Made by a program: the position numbers and the translations under genes. Positions 1 through 8,256 of a DNA stretch of 64,000 bases are shown in pieces. Each line of letters begins with the position of its first letter. Within the stretch, counting starts at the first letter, position 1. The notes under the pieces are model-generated. The model searched no databases, was not told the origin of the DNA, and was given only the letters and a program-made list of their open reading frames with translations. The DNA comes from a virus: the IMG/VR virus record IMGVR_UViG_3300028840_004913, positions 39,146 to 103,145 of that record; one strand, written 5' to 3'.

Positions 1-95
1 TTTACCCGCCCTTGGCACTCGGGAGTCCTCTGTAAACCGCAACGGCTGCAACCAATTACGACTCCAGCAGGAAGCGACCTATGCCCTCTATGGTT
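1..95 (-). ncRNA. 5' half of a putative kissing-loop ncRNA (homologue of 59252-59413), cut by the window edge
   Basis: Shared blocks AACCWTAGAGGGCAY, GGTTGCAG and CGAGTGYCAAGRGCGGGKAAA; stems GGCAT/GTGCC and GGAGTC/GACTCC. Confidence 0.6.
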
Positions 96-106
96 AATGT
101 TTAAAT

Positions 107-234
107 TGGTAGCCTGGCAAGGAGTTGAACCTTGCACGCCTATCCTGGAGCGACCAGGGTCTTTGCACGCGACTACTAACATACTGAGCCAGCCGACAAC
201 CGGTATGGACTGACTGTTCTGCTTTGTCCAGGCC
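107..234 (-). ncRNA. tRNA-like ncRNA (acceptor stem, T arm and CCA; no canonical D or anticodon arm)
   Basis: GGCCTGG/CCAGGCT-A-CCA acceptor; CAAGG-TTCAACT-CCTTG T arm; about 93 nt of non-canonical interior. Confidence 0.65.
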
Positions 235-244
235 ATAAAGTATT

Positions 245-329
245 TGGTAGCGCGGGTTGGAGTTGAACCAACACAGGCCTAAGCCCACAGATTTACAGTC
301 TGCTACCCTCGCCTATGGGTTGCCACGCT
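245..329 (-). tRNA. tRNA-Tyr(GUA)
   Basis: GCAGA-CTGTAAA-TCTGT anticodon arm, variable arm, T arm, encoded CCA. Confidence 0.9.
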
Positions 330-546
330 ATTGATCTTCGTCCGCTGCCATCCACAGCGTTACAAAATCATCCGTTTGCATTGGAGACGGCTGCGGTATC
401 TCATGAGCCGGATAAACTGTTTTGCTTTCCCATATCGAAAAAAGGCACCCGCATTTAAAGCATCGATAATACTCACCATTAAGATGCTCCCACGGATAGG
501 GATGTTTGCATTTAGAAAGTTTCCCGGCGAACACCTCTTTAATCAT
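328..546 (-). CDS. Small Zn-ribbon-like hypothetical protein
   Basis: CKHPYPW...RCFKC conserved in homologue 59665-59889; start chosen from the homology. Confidence 0.7.
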   Translation of the reverse strand: MIKEVFAGKLSKCKHPYPWEHLNGEYYRCFKCGCLFSIWESKTVYPAHEIPQPSPMQTDDFVTLWMAADEDQ

Positions 547-856
547 CAGCTTTATACGGCCATGGTATTTCTGCATGATCATACCATACGCTGATTGTGA
601 GCTTCTCCTCCGGATCCCGTTCTGGCCTATCATCCTCTTCGCAAAGCCGCTTGTGGAAAACATAATACGCGAGCGTCAGGGGATTCGTATGGAAAAGGCG
701 GCCGGCAAGGTGTTCGTCGACTACCTTCTCAGAAGGAAATGCAATGCTAAGCAGGTGTTTTGACACGAAAAAAATACATTTTCCCGTTTCCTTCTTGATA
801 AAAAGGACACGGTCGCCATCGTCTAAGTATCTGTATTCTCCTGGTACTATTCCCAT
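539..856 (-). CDS. Hypothetical protein
   Basis: Strongly conserved homologue at 59882-60193. Confidence 0.8.
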   Translation of the reverse strand: MGIVPGEYRYLDDGDRVLFIKKETGKCIFFVSKHLLSIAFPSEKVVDEHLAGRLFHTNPLTLAYYVFHKRLCEEDDRPERDPEEKLTISVWYDHAEIPWPYKADD

Positions 857-1147
857 TTAAGCGTCCTCCCAAAAGACCGATATTTTATATTGTTTACCGC
901 ACCGTGGGCACCGTGTATTCACGATCTTATCTACCGAAAAAACGGATACCTCATAAATAGACTCGACATCCACCCGAACACCACAACACGGACCCTGGAA
1001 CAGCCTGAGGATCTTCGTATCGTTAATATGCTGGTCCTTGACTGTTCGCCGGCTGTCGCATTTGCCGGTCATTAGACAATCGTAAGCCTTCATTTCTGTG
1101 TTGATTCCCATTGCATCTAATGGGCGATCCACCAAATATCTATTCAT
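857..1147 (-). CDS. Cys-rich (Zn-finger-like) hypothetical protein
   Basis: GPCC...RCPRCG; homologue at 60193-60492; G-rich RBS before MNRYL. Confidence 0.75.
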   Translation of the reverse strand: MNRYLVDRPLDAMGINTEMKAYDCLMTGKCDSRRTVKDQHINDTKILRLFQGPCCGVRVDVESIYEVSVFSVDKIVNTRCPRCGKQYKISVFWEDA

Positions 1148-1167
1148 TGCTCCCCCTTTCAAATGAA

Positions 1168-1257
1168 CTGGTAGCCCAGGGGATCTTAACCACCATGGCC
1201 GGCCAAAGCCATGGGAGCCTCACCCCCGGGTATTACCAGACCTGCTGCAGTCCAGGT
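1168..1257 (-). ncRNA. Putative structured ncRNA element B (copy 1)
   Basis: ACCTG/CAGGT hairpin, then long stem CTGGTA/TACCAG, CCCGGGGG/CCCCTGGG, CCATGGC/GCCATGG; covaries with 60515-60603. Confidence 0.7.
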
Positions 1258-1260
1258 TTT

Positions 1261-1307
1261 ACCGTTTTGCACTCTAACATTCGTAATGTTATTGTGCAAA
1301 AAATGGT
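1261..1307. repeat. Inverted repeat (hairpin) at the site where copy 2 carries rtcB
   Basis: TTTTGCAC..TAACATT / AATGTTA..GTGCAAAA. Confidence 0.75.
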
Positions 1308-1308
1308 T

Positions 1309-1384
1309 GGGTAGCCAGGTCTGGATCCCTGGCCGCCCCGGGCTGCATTCTCCGATACGGAAGAGCGCAGCCTCTGTCCAGATG
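1309..1384 (-). ncRNA. Putative structured ncRNA element A (copy 1)
   Basis: TCTGGA/TCCAGA, GGCTGC/GCAGCC, GGGCGGCCAGG/CCTGGCTACCC; conserved with 61799-61877. Confidence 0.65.
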
Positions 1385-1804
1385 TTATGAGCCATCGAGA
1401 ACAGGCTCAAATCCGATAACCACCGCGCTGCTGGCGCCCGATACGTCAGATCCATAGATACCGCGCAGGACGTCCATCAGGACGATAGGATTGCGACATA
1501 TGCCGTCATGCAACTTTGTGAACACAAACGGCGGGATATCTGCCAGGCTGCAGGTCATGACATGCGTTATGACAGCGTTGCCGATCTGCTGTTCGTCCGA
1601 ATCTTGCATCGGCAGGACCTTGCCTACTAACATCGGTTTGGCCCATTTATCACCAATGCGGACGGTGAAATTGAGCCCCTTCTTAAACTCGAGGCGCTTA
1701 AAATCCAATGTTTTCGGAAGGATAGCGTCTCCTAAAGGCGCCTGGTATCCTTTCGGATTGCAGCCTTCATCCCCGAACTCATCCATTAAAGGATCTGTGC
1801 TCAT
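1385..1804 (-). CDS. ASCH/PUA-like domain protein
   Basis: Pattern TVR-x-G..G..A-x-IT-x-V...LAD...H...L..IY...VVIGF resembles ASCH; homologue at 61878-62288. Confidence 0.6.
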   Translation of the reverse strand: MSTDPLMDEFGDEGCNPKGYQAPLGDAILPKTLDFKRLEFKKGLNFTVRIGDKWAKPMLVGKVLPMQDSDEQQIGNAVITHVMTCSLADIPPFVFTKLHDGICRNPIVLMDVLRGIYGSDVSGASSAVVIGFEPVLDGS

Positions 1805-1819
1805 GATGATAACCCCCTG

Positions 1820-2068
1820 TTATAAAAGGTTTTTGATGTCTTGCACGACCTGCTCGACCAGCACAGGAATGACGACATTCGCCATATCCTCAAGCTCGCT
1901 TTCTTCTATCAAGATATCGCCTGTGTAAGAAACAAACCCATTTGATACCTCGACCTTCAACATAAACGTGCCTGGTAGCTTGTGGCCGGCCAGGGTAGCC
2001 CGTGCAAATATTCCCTCTCTATTCATTAATGACACCATTATATCACGATTAATGTCAGAATGGTGCAC
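1820..2068 (-). CDS. Hypothetical protein
   Basis: Homologue at 62301-62519; true start probably near 2038. Confidence 0.7.
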   Translation of the reverse strand: MHHSDINRDIMVSLMNREGIFARATLAGHKLPGTFMLKVEVSNGFVSYTGDILIEESELEDMANVVIPVLVEQVVQDIKNLL

Positions 2069-2168
2069 CCTCTACTTCGATACACCACCATAAATATAAC
2101 AGCCCGAGCGCGGCGGCTGCCAGGGCAATCCAAATGTCGGCATCTTTGTCAGGATCATATTTTTTCAA
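2055..2168 (-). CDS. 37-aa single-pass membrane microprotein (not in the ORF track)
   Basis: GGAGG RBS, TTG start, MKKYDPDKDADIWIALAAAALGLLYLWWCIEVEGAPF; same-length homologue at 62579-62692. Confidence 0.7.
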   Translation of the reverse strand: MKKYDPDKDADIWIALAAAALGLLYLWWCIEVEGAPF

Positions 2169-2281
2169 TTTCGTCAATCCTCCTGTTTAATTTAACGAGT
2201 ACATCCAACACCCCTCTAAGCACAAAATAAATAGATCCGACAATCACGCAGAGCCCGAGAATCATAACGAAAAGAACGTTC

Positions 2282-2545
2282 TCAATCACGGAGCCCCCTT
2301 TGCTGCATTGCTGTATTACGGTCCTGGCTCGTTCTGTACGCTTCCATAGCCTGGTCGTATCCTTCCCAACCGTCGACTCCGAAGGTCATAAGGATCAATA
2401 AGAATTTGACATCTGCCTTGAGTGCATCATATTCCTGTTTTGTGATTGTAACGCTCTCATCTGTATCCACATAAACAGAAAGACCTGAATCGGTGCGGTG
2501 GCGTTTTATCGACTCATCCTTTGATTCAATATTCGACTCATCCAT
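2282..2545 (-). CDS. Hypothetical protein
   Basis: C-terminal VTITKxEYxALKxDVKFLL..GVDxWEGY shared with 62854-63117. Confidence 0.7.
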   Translation of the reverse strand: MDESNIESKDESIKRHRTDSGLSVYVDTDESVTITKQEYDALKADVKFLLILMTFGVDGWEGYDQAMEAYRTSQDRNTAMQQRGLRD

Positions 2546-3096
2546 TATCCGACCTCATGGGGAAGCCTGCCCCTGTTTTGCCCATCGATTGATACCAGGA
2601 TCTGCGTGAGATTGTTTATAATCGTGTCGCCTACCGGATCCTTCTTGAACCCCATAATAGTCTCAAGCCTATCGAGTGCGGCACCCTTCGAGTGGAATTT
2701 GAGTGTCCGCTTTGTCACGCCGGCGACGGACGACTCCCTGATCTCAGATATGGCCCGGGCAACATCGTCAGGCAGATCTTGTATCGGCTTTATATTTCCG
2801 TTGTTATCATAAAGATCCTTCGGATTGAGGAATGCAATACAAGCCTCTTCCGATAAGATCCGGTCGAGATCGACATAAAGATTCTGCTCTGCGACGTCCT
2901 GGGCCTTTGTCTCTAACTCGCTAAGCCTCTGTATTACAACAGGATCCTTAAGCCATCGTGAGGCCTGAGCCCAGGCGCTTTCCTTCTTGCAATTCGGAAA
3001 GACCTGCATATAGGCTTTGCCTGCAGAGCTCGGGTCCCTGAAATAATACTCTGCGAATTTATTTCTATTCGCTATGGCTACTGAGGATTTGCTCAT
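2545..3096 (-). CDS. terS: Terminase small subunit
   Basis: N-terminal FAEYY..AGKAY..AWAQASRWLKDPVV; IAF.....LYD.NG.IKPI.DLPDD..RAI; K..ALD.L. Confidence 0.8.
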   Translation of the reverse strand: MSKSSVAIANRNKFAEYYFRDPSSAGKAYMQVFPNCKKESAWAQASRWLKDPVVIQRLSELETKAQDVAEQNLYVDLDRILSEEACIAFLNPKDLYDNNGNIKPIQDLPDDVARAISEIRESSVAGVTKRTLKFHSKGAALDRLETIMGFKKDPVGDTIINNLTQILVSIDGQNRGRLPHEVG

Positions 3097-3108
3097 AATA
3101 TCAGACGG

Positions 3109-3363
3109 TTACCAATTGATATCGAGTTGAATACTAAACCCAAGGAAGCCTATCCAAAGGTTTATATGGTTATAACCATTCTGCCAGGCAAACTCAAAAG
3201 AGGCGCCGGCACCAAATCCAAGGGTCCTTGAGAGAAGGTCAGAAGTCATAAAGGTGAACGCAAGGCCAACCTCAGGGCATCCTGCTGGATCGCTCAGGTA
3301 ATTCCAAAGTCTGGTTGCGCTTTCCTTAACACATTTGGTTATTTTCTCAAAACCTATAAACAT
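3109..3363 (-). CDS. Hypothetical protein
   Basis: AGGAGG RBS; C-terminus homologous to the partial ORF at 63968-64000. Confidence 0.65.
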   Translation of the reverse strand: MFIGFEKITKCVKESATRLWNYLSDPAGCPEVGLAFTFMTSDLLSRTLGFGAGASFEFAWQNGYNHINLWIGFLGFSIQLDINW

Positions 3364-3376
3364 GATGCTCCTCCTT

Positions 3377-3733
3377 TTATTCTGGCATTTCGCCGCAAAC
3401 GCGACATGGCTTCGGGACACGATATCCCTTTGCCAGTTTTTCAACCCAATTACGGCCTACATCGGTGGCAACATAGAAATAGGTAAGCCTTCCACGTTCA
3501 TGCGAAAAATTATATTCCCTTATTGCCTCGAGGACATAATGCGTTGTCGGTGTATTAACAACAATCTCTGTCGCCATCTGGAGCCCACCATCTGGCATGA
3601 CAGGTATCTTTGGGTAAACCCTATCGGCCCTCTCATAAGACTTCGGAAGGAATGACCCTTCCATCTTTACATCAAGCCGCTCTCCGTCGGCATGACCCCC
3701 TATATGCAGGATGTTCGCAAATTCTTCTTTCAT
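3377..3733 (-). CDS. Hypothetical protein
   Basis: Fits the tightly packed minus-strand operon; C-terminal CxxC. Confidence 0.55.
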   Translation of the reverse strand: MKEEFANILHIGGHADGERLDVKMEGSFLPKSYERADRVYPKIPVMPDGGLQMATEIVVNTPTTHYVLEAIREYNFSHERGRLTYFYVATDVGRNWVEKLAKGYRVPKPCRVCGEMPE

Positions 3734-3734
3734 G

Positions 3735-4073
3735 TCATTCTCCAGCGCATTTATCGCATTTTGTTTTAAGCCAGGGTCCTTCCCGAAGCTTCCCGGGATT
3801 CCCGCAGAATTCACATGTTGACCTGGACAACTCTGAAGCCGCTTCTATGGACTTCCGGATATCCTTTGTCGCAATATTTATATAGAAATCAAGGGCTCCA
3901 AACTTTTCCTTTACCTGTGTAGCCTGGCAACGGCCGGTGGGGTCCTTCTCTATGATATCGGAGCACAGCATATCGATAATATCATACCAGCCATCCCCAC
4001 ATTCGAAGTAAATACCCCTCGGAAATATGCTCGGATATCTGTCAACCAACTGATTTGTAAGGGTTTCATTCAT
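3735..4073 (-). CDS. Conserved phage hypothetical protein
   Basis: ECGDGW...QVKEKFG.L.FY...CE.CG.PG motif, a recurrent phage family. Confidence 0.75.
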   Translation of the reverse strand: MNETLTNQLVDRYPSIFPRGIYFECGDGWYDIIDMLCSDIIEKDPTGRCQATQVKEKFGALDFYINIATKDIRKSIEAASELSRSTCEFCGNPGKLREGPWLKTKCDKCAGE

Positions 4074-4084
4074 GTTTGGCCCTC

Positions 4085-4627
4085 TTATCTGGATCCTTTG
4101 GAAGCAATTGGCACCCATGAAATACATATCCACCCACAAGGGATAAAGTATTCCTTCCCCTCGAGTGTTTTTATCCTATGGGCGTCATTCGACCCGACCC
4201 AATCGAAGCCTGGGTCATGAATGACGAGAAGCTGTGACGGATAAACAACCGTGACAGTCGACTCATCCGGATATGTATATATGCGCCATGCCTGGTCGCT
4301 GACATCAAGCCATTCCTCTGACCTAAAGAAGGGTGCATCGGCCGGACAATTAAGGGCCTCTTCCAATTCGTCCATATCCTTGAACCCACCGATACGGTGC
4401 CACCCGTCGTCGTCCTCGAATTCGTGAGGTAGGTCGTGCGTCGACATATCGACCATGATAGGCGGCTTTACGATCTGACCGCACGCATGACATTGCCAAA
4501 CGAGCTCCCTGCTCGGTAGCTTCCCGGTGCCAACCTTCTCCTGGCATTGCGGACAAAGCACATATATGCCGGTATCATCCCTCAAAATGCAATCTGCCCT
4601 ATCTACTATCACGTTTTTATCTTTCAT
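4085..4627 (-). CDS. Zn-ribbon-containing hypothetical protein
   Basis: CPQC...CHAC; G-rich RBS. Confidence 0.6.
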   Translation of the reverse strand: MKDKNVIVDRADCILRDDTGIYVLCPQCQEKVGTGKLPSRELVWQCHACGQIVKPPIMVDMSTHDLPHEFEDDDGWHRIGGFKDMDELEEALNCPADAPFFRSEEWLDVSDQAWRIYTYPDESTVTVVYPSQLLVIHDPGFDWVGSNDAHRIKTLEGKEYFIPCGWICISWVPIASKGSR

Positions 4628-4641
4628 TGTAACCCCCCGAT

Positions 4642-5049
4642 TTAAAAGGTTATTTCTAACCAGAAACACCATAAAATAATGGCGGCAAATATCGCAGCAC
4701 CTATGTAGGTATAAACAGGACTGATATATGTCTCTGATATCCACCACGAAAGCCTGCTTAACCATCCGTCATTATTGAAGTTTTCTGATACTACCTGGGT
4801 ATGGCCGTCACCAAACTTTTTCTCGTATGCTTTGATTATCGAGGATTTTTTTATTGTCTCACCATCGCGGACATCGAACATAAACCATCCACCGTCGGTC
4901 AGATAAATTGTGACATGCCATACATGGAGCTCCCTGTTGTGCCCCGTATTCAAAAAAGCAAGCTCCCGTCCTAAACCCCTCAAGCAGTCGGCCACAAAAT
5001 CGATAAGATCTGGAGCCATATCCTCAAAAGCTTTTTTTGTATCGTCCAT
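4642..5049 (-). CDS. Hypothetical protein with a C-terminal TM helix
   Basis: Hydrophobic C-terminus; G-rich RBS. Confidence 0.55.
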   Translation of the reverse strand: MDDTKKAFEDMAPDLIDFVADCLRGLGRELAFLNTGHNRELHVWHVTIYLTDGGWFMFDVRDGETIKKSSIIKAYEKKFGDGHTQVVSENFNNDGWLSRLSWWISETYISPVYTYIGAAIFAAIILWCFWLEITF

Positions 5050-5337
5050 CAGGAACGCCCCCCGATTAATATCATCAAAAGAAATGCACCTATGGCTATA
5101 GCCAGCCCACATATAAGCTCACCCATTGGTGCCATCCCCCATGAGCATAATCGCCGGCAAGCATACCGTACAATATACAACCAGTATGATAACCAGGCAG
5201 ATTAATTTCGCGAGCACGAGCATCCGGAGCCAGATCCCTCGCAGCAACCTTTTGATTCCTTTGAACATTTGCAATCCCAACGGATCTGATCATAATGCTT
5301 CCGGTATTCCGGAGTGGATGATCGATCCTTTCTTTTT

Positions 5338-6024
5338 TTAATGTGTTTTGCCATCGGCTAAAACCAGTATCCTTTCATCCGATAATTTCCGGACATCTTC
5401 AATATCGATACCATATATTATACCATAGATATCCTCGAAAAGGGGTGGGCACGCCAAAAAAAACATATGGAGTATGGTCTTAGCTATTCGACGGATCTCC
5501 GGATGCGCCTGTTTGCTGGCCCTGAGGGTCAATATATGGCGCCACTCCCTGGCATTCGCCGTGACAACGATATCTGCCTTTGTCATTGTCGGTAGGATCT
5601 CCCTGGCCTGCTGTGGCTTGTATCCAGCCTTAAGCATGTATGAATAAAGATTTTGGGCCTCTGTGAGGAAGCGCTCCATACGCTTAGCAAGCTTCTGATC
5701 CATTCCGGAATACCATTCAGGCTCACAGTATTCTACGTCGCTGTACCGAACATACCTGGTCGACTCCTGAGAGAATGATGCAAGCCTGTGACGAACGAGC
5801 TCGTGAGTTACACCGCGGCCGGTCCTGATCAAAACAGTTGCGCCGACATGCTCTATAACAGAATGGTGACCGCTCCTTATTATCATCCGGACAAAGTCTG
5901 TCGCTGAATTGATATCATACTCAGATTCTGATTTATAGCATGTTCTACCGGCTATCTCAAGATATGTCAAATCGTATATTTCGAAGCTTCTTAATGCCTT
6001 TACAACCGGCTCAACCATTTCCAT
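5338..6024 (-). CDS. thyX: FAD-dependent thymidylate synthase
   Basis: GHHSVIEH and ThyX motif HELVRHRLASFSQESTRY; AHPEIR. Confidence 0.95.
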   Translation of the reverse strand: MEMVEPVVKALRSFEIYDLTYLEIAGRTCYKSESEYDINSATDFVRMIIRSGHHSVIEHVGATVLIRTGRGVTHELVRHRLASFSQESTRYVRYSDVEYCEPEWYSGMDQKLAKRMERFLTEAQNLYSYMLKAGYKPQQAREILPTMTKADIVVTANAREWRHILTLRASKQAHPEIRRIAKTILHMFFLACPPLFEDIYGIIYGIDIEDVRKLSDERILVLADGKTH

Positions 6025-6422
6025 CTTTTCCCCCCTTTATCAGAACTAACCCCAACCTGCAATAATGCGCCCTTATTACGCTCTGGACCCTAAAGTCCTC
6101 GACCGGATTGTTCGCGGGGCAAAACGGATCATGCCTGTATGAACGCAAATCGGCACCGCAAAAAGTACACTCATACCATTGCCGGTGCCGATTATCCATT
6201 CCATATCCCCCCCCCAGGTTATTATTTGCCTTGCTGTTTTTGCTTCGGCAGCGACATCCCTTTAGCCGCCGACCCCGAAAACTCCTCCTTCACCTTAACG
6301 GATTCGCTCGGTGGAACGCTTCCCTTGCCGGCGCTACCCGGGAATTCCTCTTTGGGCTCAATATCTTTGATCGTGGACTGCATGTGATACCTCCTTGCAT
6401 TTCTTCGGATAAATTTTAATCA

Positions 6423-6617
6423 TTAGGTGGTTTCCTTCTCCGGAAAATCCTTAATGACAACTCCCGGGCTCATCGGTGCGCGGTATTCATCCCGCATACG
6501 GTCCTCATCGGACCACCCGGGGATATCCCCCAGGCATTCGCAATCCTTTGTGCGCGGAACCTTTGTTTTCATTTTAGTTTTTACGGCCAAGGTTTCCTCC
6601 TTTTTCGACAAACTCAC
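6423..6617 (-). CDS. Hypothetical protein
   Basis: ORF in the operon orientation. Confidence 0.4.
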   Translation of the reverse strand: MSLSKKEETLAVKTKMKTKVPRTKDCECLGDIPGWSDEDRMRDEYRAPMSPGVVIKDFPEKETT

Positions 6618-6879
6618 ATATTGAATTTAACATAAACCTAAGCGCAAGCTCCCTATCGACGTCCAAACCCTCTGTTTTAACATGACATTCATGACAAAGG
6701 GGTATGCAGTATATGTCTGGCGGCTTCATCGAGACGCCGCAATTCCCAAATCGGCGATCATGGTGGGGATCATTCGGTCCCGGCCGGCCACATTCGGGTC
6801 TGATGCAGGCATACCTCGACACATGCTCGCGGTATTCCCTGCAAATAAGCTTAGCGCTTTTCAGAATGCTGTATACCAT
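6574..6879 (-). CDS. DUF968-like putative HNH/Zn-binding protein
   Basis: C...CG....DPHH...KPPD..CIPLCHECH. Confidence 0.75.
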   Translation of the reverse strand: MVYSILKSAKLICREYREHVSRYACIRPECGRPGPNDPHHDRRFGNCGVSMKPPDIYCIPLCHECHVKTEGLDVDRELALRFMLNSICEFVEKGGNLGRKN

Positions 6880-6896
6880 TATATGCTATGTCAATA

Positions 6897-7535
6897 TTAA
6901 GTTAAGTCTCCAAAAACACGGAGGATTTTATTAACATTCGCAGACACGGTCGAAGCCCATACCCCGAGCTCCGAAGCGATCTCACCTTGTTTTAAAAGTC
7001 TGTCAAAATATAGCTCGCCGATATTCCTCGATAGCTCTGTCGGGAATTGCTCATCTTTTATTTTTTCCCAATAATCTCGCTTTGCCTTCTTTTTAATGAG
7101 CTCACGCTTAGCTGTCTGGTGGCGCATATCGACTGCCTGGTCAGTTATGCCGAGGATCTCAGCTATTTCACAATTTCGTTTTCCCTCGAGATAATACAAC
7201 TCGAGATACTCCCAGGACTTCTTGCTTATGTTCAATCCCTTAAGGATCTCCATTGCTTTGTCCTGTTCATCTGAGTCCCAACCGATTTCAACCCCGTGAT
7301 TTAAGTACATAATATCAACAAAGTCAAATTTGCTTTCGTCTGTATCTCCGGCGGCTCCATTAAGCATTACTTCCTTGTGGGGTGAGGGGTTGCGAAAATC
7401 CTGGCTTATCCATCGTTCAACGGCGGCACATGGCTTTTTAGTCTCAAGACAAACCTTATTCTTGCATTCTGTGCAATCCTTAGGCCTGTCGTTCGCTACC
7501 TTCGCCCTCCGGAAGGGGGGTTTCAGATTCTGCAT
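6897..7535 (-). CDS. Transcription regulator with two sigma-70 region-4-like HTHs and an N-terminal Cys cluster
   Basis: LYYLEGKRNCEIAEILGITDQAV and LYFDRLLKQGEIASELGVWASTVS. Confidence 0.7.
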   Translation of the reverse strand: MQNLKPPFRRAKVANDRPKDCTECKNKVCLETKKPCAAVERWISQDFRNPSPHKEVMLNGAAGDTDESKFDFVDIMYLNHGVEIGWDSDEQDKAMEILKGLNISKKSWEYLELYYLEGKRNCEIAEILGITDQAVDMRHQTAKRELIKKKAKRDYWEKIKDEQFPTELSRNIGELYFDRLLKQGEIASELGVWASTVSANVNKILRVFGDLT

Positions 7536-8256
7536 TTTGCTCCTCCTTTATCAGTCCGTATATGAGAGCGTTATAATTCCGGATATCTCCCAGGGCGTCC
7601 ATTATGGATTCTCCCTTTACCTTTAATTTCCCCTTCTCAACATAGGTGCGTACCCTTTGCATCTTATCCCTCATCCTGATCATGACACCAATCACAGGAT
7701 GAACACCAAGTCCTTCGCTATCTCTGAAATTGGCATATGGATCTCCGGACCCTCCGGTATAATCATGATTTTTTTCCTTCATTATACCGTCGCCGTATTC
7801 GTCAATTTCATGAGCGCAATACATCGGATTTGGGTATCCGTTTATGAATTCGGGGATTGATTCGTCGGCGTTAGACGTCCATCCACCCCAAATATCCGGT
7901 GTAATATCTTCATGTTGCGGTGGCTCAGAAATAATTTCGAACATCGGCCTTACTATCGTATCTTCTTTTTCGGAATTCTTCGATACGCTGGCATAATGAT
8001 AGCAATATTCAGCGAGGTCCCTCGGCGTTAATGTGTTTATCAATAAGGATTTTGTTTTGAATCCGGCACCTTCCAGGTCCACAATAAGTTTAGTTATCTC
8101 ATCTTCTTTAAGAAGCGTTTCTATATGTGAATCCCTAAAATCTCGCTCGTGGATTAGAAATTTTTCATTACCAGACAGAACATAAATCTCTGCCATCACC
8201 ATTTGTATAGCCTTATCCCAAGTCGGATCTTTAAACAAATCTTTTGAGTAATCCAT
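7480..8256 (-). CDS. Protein with a C-terminal DUF1599 / nucleotide-modification-associated domain
   Basis: KNHDY....PYANF...IRMRDKMQR...ESIMDALGDIRNY. Confidence 0.7.
   Translation of the reverse strand: MDYSKDLFKDPTWDKAIQMVMAEIYVLSGNEKFLIHERDFRDSHIETLLKEDEITKLIVDLEGAGFKTKSLLINTLTPRDLAEYCYHYASVSKNSEKEDTIVRPMFEIISEPPQHEDITPDIWGGWTSNADESIPEFINGYPNPMYCAHEIDEYGDGIMKEKNHDYTGGSGDPYANFRDSEGLGVHPVIGVMIRMRDKMQRVRTYVEKGKLKVKGESIMDALGDIRNYNALIYGLIKEEQNAESETPLPEGEGSERQA

Larger units (their letters stand above)
1..3150. repeat. Diverged copy 1 of the terS-ASCH-tRNA region
   Basis: Collinear homologues of ORFs in 59665-64000 (terS, ASCH, several hypotheticals) and of the non-coding elements. Confidence 0.95.

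Noticed and set aside
107-234. tmRNA
   Set aside because: Too short, no G3-U70 alanine identity pair, no tag reading frame.
1190-1215. HDV-like ribozyme, suggested by GGCCGGCCAUGG
   Set aside because: I could not build the nested P1/P2/P3/P1.1/P4 topology; the segment is a simple covarying hairpin.
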